Shown here: piece after piece, positions 37,715-46,941 of the stretch
Layout of the letters: each line of letters starts with the position of its first letter
How positions within the stretch are numbered: the first letter of the stretch is position 1
Assembly (NCBI GenBank): GCA_023389575.1
Contig: JAEWEG010000006.1
Coordinates: 5,582 to 69,581, forward strand
From: Chloroflexota bacterium
GTDB taxonomy: Bacteria; Chloroflexota; Chloroflexia; Thermomicrobiales; UBA6265
Direction: 5' to 3'
Length of the DNA stretch: 64,000 nt
Program-made: the position numbers and the translations under genes
The notes under the pieces: model-generated
Seen by the model: only the letters and a program-made list of their open reading frames with translations
What the model was told of the DNA's origin: nothing
The model's database searches: none

Positions 37715-38914
37715 ATGGCTCCCGCAAGCTCCACCACCACCCGCTCGCGCACATCGCCCGCGCCAGCCAGGATGGCATTCGTCGCCTTCGCCATCATTAT
37801 GCTCGTCGCGTTCGTATCGCTCCCATCCTGGGGCTTCGCGGCCGACACCCGATCCGGCAGCGACATCACCATCCCCTCGAATGAAACCATCACCGAAGAC
37901 CTCTACCTCGCCGCGGGCACCGTTGACTTCGACGGCACGGCGGAGCGAGACGTGAACATGGCGGCGGGTGAGGCCAACCTCGCGGGTTCCATCGAGGGAT
38001 CGTTGAATCTTGCCGCCGGGACCATGGAAATCAGCGGAAACATCGCCGGATCGCTCCGTATCTTTGGCGGCAGGGTCACGCTTACCGGCGATGTCGGCGG
38101 CGATGTCGTGGTCGTCGGCGGGCAACTGGATGTCGGGAGCAGTTCGCAGATCGGAGGCAATATCCTCTTCGCCGGTGGGCAGCTCGACATGCGCGGCGAC
38201 GTGGAAGGCGACATTCGCGGCTACGTCGGGACGGCCAGCCTCGGTGGCACCGTCCTTGGCTCGGTCGATCTCTCGACTTCACAACTCGAGGTCACCAACT
38301 CCGCCCAGATCACGGGAGAGGTGCTCCATACCGGCAAGAGCGAGCCGGACGTCGCCTCGGGCGCCCGCGTTCAGGGAGGAGTCACCCATGAATCGCTCAA
38401 TCCCTGGGGCGATGGCGACAACCCACTCTCCCGGGCGTCGGGCTCCCTCCTCCGAACGCTCTGGATGCTGGTCACCGGCGCCCTCATCGTGATCGCCGCG
38501 CCGCGCCTCGCCAATCAGCTCGGCACCAATGGCAAGCAGTTGATTCCTGCCATCCCGCTTGGGTTGCTCGCGATGATCATCCTTCCAATCGTCGCGGCCG
38601 TGCTGATGATCACGGTCATCGGATTCCCGGCCGGTTTCGTGCTGCTCACGTTGTTCCTGGTCGCGCTCTATCTCACCCAGGCCGTCGTCGGCATGTCCAT
38701 TGGCCGCTTCATCCTGCCACGCTCGTGGAACGACGGGAGCCGGGGGTTTCATCTGCTGGCGATGACGCTCGGCGTGATCATCGTGGCCGCCTTCCGCTTC
38801 GTGCCGCTCCCATGGGTCTGGGGAGCGGTCAGCCTGATCGTCACCATCTGGGGTATCGGCGCGATCCTCATGCTCGTTCCCATCCTGTCGCGCCAGGAAC
38901 GAACCGGGGTTTAG
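37715..38914 (+). CDS. bactofilin-like beta-helix repeat protein with C-terminal four-helix membrane domain
   Basis: ATG 37715 (GGAG upstream). N-terminal hydrophobic segment MAFVAFAIIMLVAFVSLPSWGFA. Repetitive G-x-[IVL]-x-G units follow (GSIEGSLNLAAG, GNIAGSLRIFGG, GDVGGDVVVVGG, GGNILFAGG), then about 4 TM helices. Confidence 0.62.
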   Translation: MAPASSTTTRSRTSPAPARMAFVAFAIIMLVAFVSLPSWGFAADTRSGSDITIPSNETITEDLYLAAGTVDFDGTAERDVNMAAGEANLAGSIEGSLNLAAGTMEISGNIAGSLRIFGGRVTLTGDVGGDVVVVGGQLDVGSSSQIGGNILFAGGQLDMRGDVEGDIRGYVGTASLGGTVLGSVDLSTSQLEVTNSAQITGEVLHTGKSEPDVASGARVQGGVTHESLNPWGDGDNPLSRASGSLLRTLWMLVTGALIVIAAPRLANQLGTNGKQLIPAIPLGLLAMIILPIVAAVLMITVIGFPAGFVLLTLFLVALYLTQAVVGMSIGRFILPRSWNDGSRGFHLLAMTLGVIIVAAFRFVPLPWVWGAVSLIVTIWGIGAILMLVPILSRQERTGV

Positions 38915-38932
38915 CTCACCGCGAGTTGAGTA

Positions 38933-41782
38933 TCAGCCCTCGATTGCCGTGCGTTCTGGCTCGACGACACCTGGCTGGAACAACGCGTTGAAGAATGCAC
39001 GATAGGTGCCCCTGGCCTGAGCCCGAAACCACGGCCTGAATCCGAACAGGACCACCGAACCGGCTCCGTAGCGGGCTTGCATCAGTGCGCCCTTCCCTCG
39101 AATTCGCTTGTCGCCTGCGATCCAGCCGCTGAGCAGCGGATTCGTGGTCGGATACCTGCCAACGGTGGTCACATCCGGCGCCGTGGACCGGAACACCTGG
39201 CTGTTCATGAACAGCACACCGAGCTCCCGGGGCAACCCCCAGCCAATTGGGTGCTCGGTGTCCATCACCACCTCGAGCAACGACCCCGGGCAGTTGAACG
39301 CGCCATCATCATTCCCATCCAGGGCATCTTCGACTGGCAGCGCCAGCGCGTCGATCACGAACGTCGCCGCTCGATCGACGGCGACCAGGGTCCCGCCGTC
39401 GTTCACGAATGCCTTGAGCGCGGCCACGCCTATTGCGCCCAATCCGCCCCGGTAGGCTTCGGGGACCGGATCTCCCTCGCGCGTCTTCTCGCCCTTGCCG
39501 TTCAGGCTTTCGTCGGCGGCCATCTCCGGCAGCACAAGCACATCGATTCGATCGCGCAGCTCGCCCTGGCGAATGTCATCGTTCCAGAGCGTCTCGAACT
39601 GCACGTCGTACTGGTCAAGCACCCAACGGGCCCAGCCTTCGTCAATACAGGCCGTCCACGACTGGTACACGCCTATTCGCACGGCGGTCTGGCGCTGGAG
39701 ATCCAGCGCTCCGGGATCGTCAATGCCCCGCGCGACGCATCCCGTTTCCGCGGCAAGTCTCCTCATCTCCTCGGGAGATAGGTCGGCCCGGCTGGCCACG
39801 ATATCGCCCGCCACCACGCCTCTCACCGGGTCTGACTTCCGAACGCGATGGACCGGCACCCCGCCCCGCAATAGCCGGGTCAGCGCTGGAATCACGGAGT
39901 TTGAGCGTCCGTCAATGACCCAGGCATCGTGGTCGGTTCCATCATCGGTCACGAGCCCCTCAAAGATGATCGGCTCGGTGACGACCTTCAGGGGCGCATC
40001 GTCCGCCAACGGGGAATCCACCTGGAACGCCGTCACGCCCATCTGGATCGGCAAGGTGTGGCCCGAGATGTCGTAGGGCGGCAAGAGTGGTCCGTCCTCC
40101 GACTTCCGGATCTCCGGATAATGCTGGACCTCAAGCAGCGTCTTCGCGAACGCACCGGCCGGCTGATCGAGCCGCACCACCCACGTCCCTTCCGGATAGC
40201 GAACGCCATCTGCCATGAACGCATCCGTGGCGACACGGATCTCAACCAACCCGCGCCGCAGGATATCAAGCATTTCGGCGATCGCCCGCGGATCACGTCC
40301 ATCGCGTGGAATCACGAAGGCATACGGCGCCTTGGTCCTCGTGCTCGTCCGTTTGTTCAACGCGGCGTAGTCCCGTAGCCATTGGCGCCGGTTCCGCGCG
40401 AGATGCTCCAGGAACGCCCTGGCCGCCACCAGGTTGTATTCGACGATGTCCGCCAGCGACCATTCACCTGGCTCCCACACCATCGGCTGGTTCCAGGTTC
40501 TTACCTTGGGGTCCGCGCCGAATTCCACCTTCAGGTCGCGCTCCTCCAGCGTCACCGGCGTCGCCAGTTTGGCGCTGGCGGCCTCGCTGAGGAGATCAAC
40601 GCTGCCGTGGTAGTTGCCATAGGCCAGTGATGGCGAATAGTTGTCGAACATCGCGTTCGTCACCACGCCAGCCTTGCCGGCCGCCGTCATCCGCTGGGCG
40701 ATATGGCTCCCTAGCGCCGCGAACCCCTGCTGGATGAGCGGGTCCTGATTGGGATCGAGTGGATCGATGAACGGCGGAACCATGAAGCGCGGACCGAACC
40801 GGCGCATCTGGTGCATGTCGAACACGGCCTGCGGATGCTCACGGTTGTGCATGTCCACATACAGGCGCGTCTCTGCCTGGGATTGCATGAACCAGTCGCG
40901 GTTGTTGTCATGGCCAACGTAAGGGTGATAGAGCCAGGGAAGCTCGCTCCCTTCCCACTCCTCGCCCAGCGATTCGTGGTACCAGTCCGCGATCAGGTCC
41001 ACCCCGTCCGGGTTGTGACTCGGAACCAGCAGCGTGACCACTTCGGAGAGGATTTGCAGCGAGTCCGGATCGACCGCGGTCGCCAATTCCCATGCCAATT
41101 GCATGGTCATCAGCATCGACCCGATCTCGTTGGAGTGCTGGGCGGCGAGAATAACACCGGCGGCTCGCGCGAGGCTTGCCGTTTCCTCGATAGTGTCGTC
41201 TGTTTCAGCGCGTGAATCCCAGAGGACGCTCAGCGCTTCGCGGTTCGCGGCCCGTGCGTCCTCCGTCAGGTTCGTTTCGGCGGAAACAGCCACGAGCAGG
41301 TAGGGCCGGCCATCCGTGGATGTGCCAAGTACGTCCACGACGACCCTGTCCGAATGGTCCTCCAGCACATGGAAGTATTCGACCACCTCATCCCAGGTTG
41401 GCAGCCAACCCGGCGCGCCCATCTCGAATCCGAAATGGCCCGCTGGCGATGGTATCCGGGAGGGTTCGGAGTGGCGTTGTCGCAGCCGTGGGCGCGCGTG
41501 GCGGAGCCGTTCCCTGGCCTGCCTCAACCACGCATCGTCGAAGAGCAGGACGCCCGCTTCGGTCGTCCTGCTCGGTGGCGCAAGGGTGCCATCCTCGATA
41601 CGCGCGCGAACCAGGTAGGAGGAGAGGTCGAGGAGTTCCGCAACCCGGGAGGTTGTCAGGAACCCCTCGAGGTCTTGTGACTTGGCTCGCGGCACGAATG
41701 GTGTCCTTCCGGTACAGGTCAGGCTGTCGAGATGCGTGCGATGACGCGCGTCATGTTCGACATTGTGTACCGGCCAGGGCAT
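38933..41782 (-). CDS. M14 family zinc carboxypeptidase-like protein (large, with C-terminal GATase1-like region) carrying an N-terminal excisionase-type HTH segment
   Basis: M14 motifs AAQHSNEIGS (H-x-x-E zinc ligands) and LVPSHNPDGVD. About 450 aa of additional C-terminal domains. The first ~120 aa include LTTSRVAELLDLSSYLVRARIEDGTL, an HTH_17-like pattern. An alternative start at ATG 41422 would remove the HTH. Confidence 0.78.
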   Translation of the reverse strand: MPWPVHNVEHDARHRTHLDSLTCTGRTPFVPRAKSQDLEGFLTTSRVAELLDLSSYLVRARIEDGTLAPPSRTTEAGVLLFDDAWLRQARERLRHARPRLRQRHSEPSRIPSPAGHFGFEMGAPGWLPTWDEVVEYFHVLEDHSDRVVVDVLGTSTDGRPYLLVAVSAETNLTEDARAANREALSVLWDSRAETDDTIEETASLARAAGVILAAQHSNEIGSMLMTMQLAWELATAVDPDSLQILSEVVTLLVPSHNPDGVDLIADWYHESLGEEWEGSELPWLYHPYVGHDNNRDWFMQSQAETRLYVDMHNREHPQAVFDMHQMRRFGPRFMVPPFIDPLDPNQDPLIQQGFAALGSHIAQRMTAAGKAGVVTNAMFDNYSPSLAYGNYHGSVDLLSEAASAKLATPVTLEERDLKVEFGADPKVRTWNQPMVWEPGEWSLADIVEYNLVAARAFLEHLARNRRQWLRDYAALNKRTSTRTKAPYAFVIPRDGRDPRAIAEMLDILRRGLVEIRVATDAFMADGVRYPEGTWVVRLDQPAGAFAKTLLEVQHYPEIRKSEDGPLLPPYDISGHTLPIQMGVTAFQVDSPLADDAPLKVVTEPIIFEGLVTDDGTDHDAWVIDGRSNSVIPALTRLLRGGVPVHRVRKSDPVRGVVAGDIVASRADLSPEEMRRLAAETGCVARGIDDPGALDLQRQTAVRIGVYQSWTACIDEGWARWVLDQYDVQFETLWNDDIRQGELRDRIDVLVLPEMAADESLNGKGEKTREGDPVPEAYRGGLGAIGVAALKAFVNDGGTLVAVDRAATFVIDALALPVEDALDGNDDGAFNCPGSLLEVVMDTEHPIGWGLPRELGVLFMNSQVFRSTAPDVTTVGRYPTTNPLLSGWIAGDKRIRGKGALMQARYGAGSVVLFGFRPWFRAQARGTYRAFFNALFQPGVVEPERTAIEG

Positions 41783-41797
41783 TCATGCCACGGGCCG

Positions 41798-42274
41798 TCA
41801 GGCGGTTGGTTTGCTCCCCGCCTGTTGCGCCGATGAGTCCTGACTCACCATCACATCGGCTCCACGCCGCCCCAACAGCGCGTACATGCCGGTGTAGGTG
41901 TAGTCCACCCCATACTCCTGCCGAGCCCACTGGACGGCCTCGCTCACGGTCCTGAACTGGCCTTCCTGCGAACGGCTGATCAGGTCGGATATCTGCCCTT
42001 CAGTCAGCCGCGAGGGACGTCCGGGCGCAGCATATCCTGGCGTACGCGTCAGGACCGCGTCGAGTCCACCTTCGCGATACCACTGCACCCAACGCTGGAC
42101 GGTGCGGTAATCGACTCCGGCGGCCGTGCCGGCCTCGCCGATGGTATGACCCGATCGAAGCAACCACAGCGCCTGCAACCGCGCCCGGCGGTGTCCATTC
42201 CGTTCCGAGTCGCGCAGCGAGGCCAACTGGTCGGCGGTCTCGGTCCATTCGACTATCAATGGCCTACCACGCAT
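41798..42274 (-). mobile_element. IS630-family transposase N-terminal (HTH) fragment; DDE domain absent
   Basis: The 158-aa ORF has paired HTH/winged-helix segments typical of IS630/Tc1-type transposases (RRARLQALWLLRSGHTIGEAGTAAGVDYRTVQRWVQWYREGGLDAV, LTEGQISDL, FRTVSEAVQWARQEYGVDYTYTGMYALL). It stops 16 nt before the M14 ORF start, with no catalytic domain downstream. Confidence 0.68.
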
Positions 42275-42586
42275 GGCAGCCCCCCTCTTGAAAGTTACTC
42301 CACGAATGGAGCAATTGAGGCAATGTCCCCACGCCTCGCGTGAGGAACAAGACGAGGACCCTTGTGAAGCGAGGCAACTCCGCCAACTATATCCATGTTC
42401 CCCGCCCTGCCCCTGGGGAATGGGTGCTCAGGTCTGAGGAAGTGCATCACCGTCGATCATCGACAGTGAGCCTTGCCTACATCGACCTGTGTGGTGAGAC
42501 CCGTCACGATCGCATTCTACACCAAAGCGTCACAAACCGAATGCCTTCCAATCGCGCCAAGACGGCCTCGATTAAACCGCCGCTCA

Positions 42587-43009
42587 TCAATCCAGATCGC
42601 GTGGACCAAAGGCCTTCGGCAACAGATCGCCAAGCTGGATAACGATCGGTCCGTCTTCACCGTCCAGAATCACCGCCATGTCCTCGGCCTCTGGCTTGAA
42701 CTCGTTCAGCACCTGGCGGCAGGCCCCACACGGAGTCGTTCCCGGCGCCTTCGGTGCGCTTACCGCCACCGCCAGGATCGAGCGGTGCCCCAAGGCCGCG
42801 GCGGTCTGAACCGCCACCCGTTCCCCACAGACCGTCAGCCCATAACTGGCGTTTTCGATGTTGACCCCGGAAATGATGTCACCGCCCTCGGTGAGAACCG
42901 CCGCTCCCACGGGAAAGCCCGAATACGGCACATGGGCGTGGACGGTTGCCGCCCGCGCCGCCGCCAGCAACTGGTCGATTGTTCCGGAGGATAGGTCGCT
43001 CATCGCCAT
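42587..43009 (-). CDS. cdd: cytidine deaminase
   Basis: 140-aa ORF with zinc motifs CGERVA and PCGACRQ, plus PYSGFPVGAA. Confidence 0.9.
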   Translation of the reverse strand: MAMSDLSSGTIDQLLAAARAATVHAHVPYSGFPVGAAVLTEGGDIISGVNIENASYGLTVCGERVAVQTAAALGHRSILAVAVSAPKAPGTTPCGACRQVLNEFKPEAEDMAVILDGEDGPIVIQLGDLLPKAFGPRDLD

Positions 43010-43178
43010 TGTGTACTCCTGTTCGTGCCACCATCATCACCTGCCTGAAATGACAGGCACGCCCCTCACGAAGCGGTCAGCTCGATGGGCATGCTGGTAT
43101 TCTGCATGTGGCAATCATGCGCGCCGCGAGGCGCGATCGTCACCCGCAGATAAGCCATTGCCCCGAGGATGCTCCTAC

Positions 43179-43922
43179 ATGACCGATGAGTTCGAATCAC
43201 GCCCCCTTCAGGATTCCGCGACGGATCCCATGCGGCAGAGCGCCGCGGTGTTCCTTTCCGAAGTCCTCGGCATGGACGATTCCGCCTCGCAGCTCGCGCC
43301 CGACCTTTCGGCCATCAAGCGAGACGCGAACGCTTCCATATACACCATCCAACTCGACTCGTCCGTCGGTCCGGCGGCGTTTCTCGTCTACGCCTACCTG
43401 CTCGACGTGCGCGGGGGCGATGGTCACACCGGTCGTGAACTGTTCGAAACAGGCCTGACCACGCTCCAGCAAGCGGCCCAACGCGAAACACCTGGCCCCA
43501 GAGCGGTGGCCCACGCCGAGGATGGCAACTACGCCTTCATCCTCGCCACCACCCCGGGCACGTACAGGGCCCTCACCGGGGACACCGGGTCCCGGAACAT
43601 CGAAGCATCGACATCCGATCTCCTGCCGGTGGAGGATGCCGCTTCCTTGCGAAGCGATCTCGCCCAGGAACTGCTTCACTCGCTGAAGGCGGCCAACGAG
43701 CAGGCAACCAATTGGCTGCACGCCATTCAACTCGCCAGCCAGTCCGCGACAAACGACGAGGATGGCGTGGACGACCTGCTCGAATTCACCGAGGACGAGA
43801 CCGAACTGGCCCTCTTCCTGCTGGACGACGACTCGATCGGCAATCTCTTGCGCGTCCTCAACCTGCTGGTGTCCACCGCGCAACAGCGCGCCTTCGGAAC
43901 GCTCGATGACTCGCGGGATTAG
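43179..43922 (+). CDS. hypothetical acidic protein
   Basis: ATG 43179 (GAGGA upstream). The ORF-track start at 42858 would run antisense through cdd. 247 aa, with no family recognised. Confidence 0.55.
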   Translation: MTDEFESRPLQDSATDPMRQSAAVFLSEVLGMDDSASQLAPDLSAIKRDANASIYTIQLDSSVGPAAFLVYAYLLDVRGGDGHTGRELFETGLTTLQQAAQRETPGPRAVAHAEDGNYAFILATTPGTYRALTGDTGSRNIEASTSDLLPVEDAASLRSDLAQELLHSLKAANEQATNWLHAIQLASQSATNDEDGVDDLLEFTEDETELALFLLDDDSIGNLLRVLNLLVSTAQQRAFGTLDDSRD

Positions 43923-44419
43923 GCTTCAGCCGTCTCGCCTTCGAAGCTGGCGCGCAGTTCCTTCAGCCGGTCGATGAGCTGCTGTTCGTCGTATACCACG
44001 CCGAGCGAATGCTGCAGCCCACCGATCACGAATGCATTGATGTGATAGGCCTGATTGTCCACGCCGGTCCGGCTTGGGTCCGGCACCTGGCGCAGCCTGA
44101 TATCGGTCGCGAGGCCGAGCACGCCCAGGTATCGCTTACCGTCAACCCGGGTGCTAAGGCAATCCATATAGCCTGCCTCCCAGTTGGTGCCCGAATCCTC
44201 GCTCACCTGCATCACGTAGACATTGGCCCACTCCAGGGCCTCGATGTCGGCGTCGTAAATCTTGCGCGCCGTTATATCGGTGCGGGTCTTGTCGTTGATG
44301 GGCTCGCTCTCGTTCGGGCAATACACCTCGAACCCATGCTTGCGAAGTTCCCCGGCAAGCCAGAGGTTGTATCGAACCTCGGCCGCCACGAACATCGGTC
44401 CACCCAGGTACAGCTTCAT
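43919..44419 (-). CDS. nucleoside 2-deoxyribosyltransferase-like protein
   Basis: N-terminal LYLGGPMF and catalytic-type EDSGTNWEAGY motifs of the NDT/Rcl fold. The start overlaps the upstream stop (ATGA). Confidence 0.72.
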   Translation of the reverse strand: MKLYLGGPMFVAAEVRYNLWLAGELRKHGFEVYCPNESEPINDKTRTDITARKIYDADIEALEWANVYVMQVSEDSGTNWEAGYMDCLSTRVDGKRYLGVLGLATDIRLRQVPDPSRTGVDNQAYHINAFVIGGLQHSLGVVYDEQQLIDRLKELRASFEGETAEA

Positions 44420-44922
44420 GGCGTGCTTCCCTCCGAACTCGCCGTCACGATACCTCCATAGCGGTCATTCCAGGCATCGGCCTGCGACTCCGGCACCCGG
44501 ATGAACGTCGCGATGCCGTCGGCGAGCAGCACGTTGTCGGCTTCCCGGCGAATCTCCCCCTTCACCTCGATCGCCCGACCCCGGTCCCGCGACACCGTCC
44601 CGACCGCGATGGTAGGTTCGCCAACAGGTATTGGCTTCCGGTACCGGGTGGTGAGTTGCCCGGTTACCGCCCAGATCCCCTGGCGGTACAACGTCCAGGC
44701 CATCACTTCGTCGAGCACCGTCGAGATGATCCCACCGTGCACCATGCCCGTGTAGCCTTCCGCGTGGGCAGGCGGCACGAATCGTGTGACGACCCCATCT
44801 CCGGACGGGTCCGCCAACAGCTCTAGCCGAAGGCCATGGACATTCAACGCACCGCAACCGAAGCAATTGTGCGGTGTTACATCGTCCCGCAGGTTGAGCG
44901 GCCTCTCCAGGTCAACGGTCAT
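44416..44922 (-). CDS. PaaI-family hotdog-fold thioesterase
   Basis: CFGCG near the N-terminus and the MVHGGIISTVLDEVM hotdog motif. Overlaps the sirtuin gene by 11 nt. Confidence 0.8.
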   Translation of the reverse strand: MTVDLERPLNLRDDVTPHNCFGCGALNVHGLRLELLADPSGDGVVTRFVPPAHAEGYTGMVHGGIISTVLDEVMAWTLYRQGIWAVTGQLTTRYRKPIPVGEPTIAVGTVSRDRGRAIEVKGEIRREADNVLLADGIATFIRVPESQADAWNDRYGGIVTASSEGSTP

Positions 44923-45778
44923 CAGCGGTCACTCCATCCTCCAGCACGCGATCCACGACGCCGGAGAGCACCGCTCCGGCGCTCCCGGCAACCCGTATGT
45001 CCGCGAGGCCATCCAGCGGCGTCGGCGACTGGTTGACGATCACCAGCCGAGCGCCATTCTGCTTGGCGATCGCGGGCAGCCTCGCGGCGGGATTCACCAC
45101 CAGGGAACTCCCCACCACGATCATCAGGTCTGTGGCCATCGACACCGCGTGCGCCGTCCTCAATGCCCGCTCGGGGAGCGATTCACCGAACAGCACGGTG
45201 CCGGATCGAAGCACTCCACCGCAGACCGGGCACCGTGGATCCTCTTCCCCCGCCTCGAGCCGTTCCTGGACCTCCTGACCTGAGTAGGTCCGACCGCAGT
45301 CGTTGCACACGAGCGAGTGCGTGGTTCCGTGAAGTTCGATCACCCGCTCGGGATCGTTCCCCGCCTTCTGGTGCAAGCCATCGATGTTCTGGGTCACGAT
45401 CGCCAGCAGGTGACCGGACGCCTCCAATCGCGCGATCGCCTCATGGCCGGCGTTCGGCTGTCGCGCCAGCATCTCCGGGTAGCGCTCCTTTCGATCTCGC
45501 CAATGCTCGATCCTGGATGCCCTATCGGTCCGGATGGTATCGATGTGGGGAATGGCGTTACGCGCCCATACGCCGTTCGGCCCGCGATAGTCCGGTATCC
45601 CCGACTCCGTACTGACGCCGGCCCCGGTGAAGGCCACCACCCGGTCGCTGCTTCGTACGAGGTCGGCGATCCGGTCGAGGTCGTGCTCGCTCACATCGTT
45701 TACTAGTTGGTCGTCTAAAAAGTGGTCTGTCACGCTGTTTATGCTCCAATGGTGGGAATCGATCGGCGTGTTCCCCAT
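44912..45778 (-). CDS. cobB: NAD-dependent protein deacylase (Sir2 family)
   Basis: FTGAGVSTESGIPDYRGPNG and TQNIDGLHQKAG motifs. Zn ribbon CNDC...CPVCGG. LVIVNQSPTP also present. Confidence 0.87.
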   Translation of the reverse strand: MGNTPIDSHHWSINSVTDHFLDDQLVNDVSEHDLDRIADLVRSSDRVVAFTGAGVSTESGIPDYRGPNGVWARNAIPHIDTIRTDRASRIEHWRDRKERYPEMLARQPNAGHEAIARLEASGHLLAIVTQNIDGLHQKAGNDPERVIELHGTTHSLVCNDCGRTYSGQEVQERLEAGEEDPRCPVCGGVLRSGTVLFGESLPERALRTAHAVSMATDLMIVVGSSLVVNPAARLPAIAKQNGARLVIVNQSPTPLDGLADIRVAGSAGAVLSGVVDRVLEDGVTADDR

Positions 45779-46028
45779 CGTTCGCCCAATCCCAATTGTG
45801 CGGGCTATCCCGCCACCTGCCTACCGGACACCTCACCAGTGCCGGGTCCGAGGGGCGGTTTCGATTGCTTCTCGTCAGGTCGGAAGACCAGGGCCAGGAA
45901 GGGCCAGGAACCGGTCCACCGTCAGAGGTCTCCTCGGCTTCTCGCCACTCACTACCCTTGTGTACGTACGGGCCTCGTGGTAGCATCTTTGAAATGGACT
46001 GTGCCAGGAAGTCACTGGAACGGAGCCT

Positions 46029-46772
46029 ATGGATCACCGGGCGTGGGGACCCGATGGTCGAGGTGGCCGCGAGCCCATGCGGGCGTCATACGTCACCGAT
46101 TCGCGGAAAGGAACACCGCCGTTCCCGGAAGCCTTCTACCATCCGGCATATCAGGGGGCGTGGATGATGCTGGTAACCGATTTGGCCATGCGGGATATGG
46201 AGTCGAGAACGGAGTCGCTCGCCGAAAGGCTTGCCGCCTGTATCACTTCCGTCTTCAGGCGAAATCGATCCGGTCCCGCCACGGAGGCGACCGCCGCGCT
46301 GTCCTCGGAAGCCACGGGACCCCGAATCCACCTGGTCTCCACCACCTCACACGACGATTTCGCTCCATTTGCATACCCACGGGACGATATGACTGACTAC
46401 CGCTGGAGAAAGCACCCTCAATTGCGGCCGGATTCGAATGGCCTGGCGAATCTCGATCCAGGGGAGCGCGAGCGCATGGCACGCTCGGCCAGCATTCGCG
46501 GGCTTTTCCTCGCCCGTAGTGGCCGCTACGAGGATGCACGAACCGCCTTCGCCATGGCCGCCGCCGAGCCCTCGATCGACCTGACCGCCATTCCCGGCTT
46601 TTGGTCCCTCTCCCGCGGCGGCATGCAGGCCGCGATCGCCGCCTACGAGGATGTCGAACGCTATCGCGATGCCTCCAGCCTCGAGGCGACCATTCGGCTC
46701 AAGTACCGGCCCCGGATCGCCGACCATCCCGCCACGGGCGGGAGCCGGCGAAAGACGGCCGCCGGCACCTGA
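46029..46772 (+). CDS. hypothetical protein
   Basis: 247-aa ORF. The C-terminal half has helical-repeat character (GRYEDARTAFAMAAAEP, AAIAAYEDVERYRDASS). The start is uncertain and a hairpin follows the stop. Confidence 0.45.
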   Translation: MDHRAWGPDGRGGREPMRASYVTDSRKGTPPFPEAFYHPAYQGAWMMLVTDLAMRDMESRTESLAERLAACITSVFRRNRSGPATEATAALSSEATGPRIHLVSTTSHDDFAPFAYPRDDMTDYRWRKHPQLRPDSNGLANLDPGERERMARSASIRGLFLARSGRYEDARTAFAMAAAEPSIDLTAIPGFWSLSRGGMQAAIAAYEDVERYRDASSLEATIRLKYRPRIADHPATGGSRRKTAAGT

Positions 46773-46799
46773 TCAACCTCGAAAAAACCGGAAGGGGAG

Positions 46800-46833
46800 A
46801 GAGAACGGCGGGCCCAGTTGCCCGCCGTTCTCT
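46800..46833 (+). terminator. terminator-like hairpin
   Basis: 14-bp stem AGAGAACGGCGGGC / GCCCGCCGTTCTCT with loop CCAGTT, 28 nt after the stop at 46772. Confidence 0.62.
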
Positions 46834-46917
46834 TCGTATACTCCATGAAAACTTCCCTCGATGCCCCTCGCCGCGTCTCCCGCCTCCCTACTCCGTGAAA
46901 TGTCGAACAAACAGAAA

Positions 46918-46941
46918 CGCCCGGTGCCGAAGCACCGGGCG
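46918..46941. terminator. second, bidirectional-looking terminator hairpin
   Basis: 10-bp stem CGCCCGGTGC / GCACCGGGCG with a CGAA tetraloop. ATTTTGTT follows on the plus strand and TTTCTGTTTGTT on the minus strand. Confidence 0.68.

Noticed and set aside
44912-45778. The Sir2 gene as part of an anti-phage system (Thoeris ThsA, DSR, SIR2-HerA).
   Set aside because: The protein is a small canonical CobB-type sirtuin with an intact Zn ribbon. It has no SLOG, TIR, HerA, STAND or large N-terminal sensor partner, and its neighbours are metabolic-fold enzymes.
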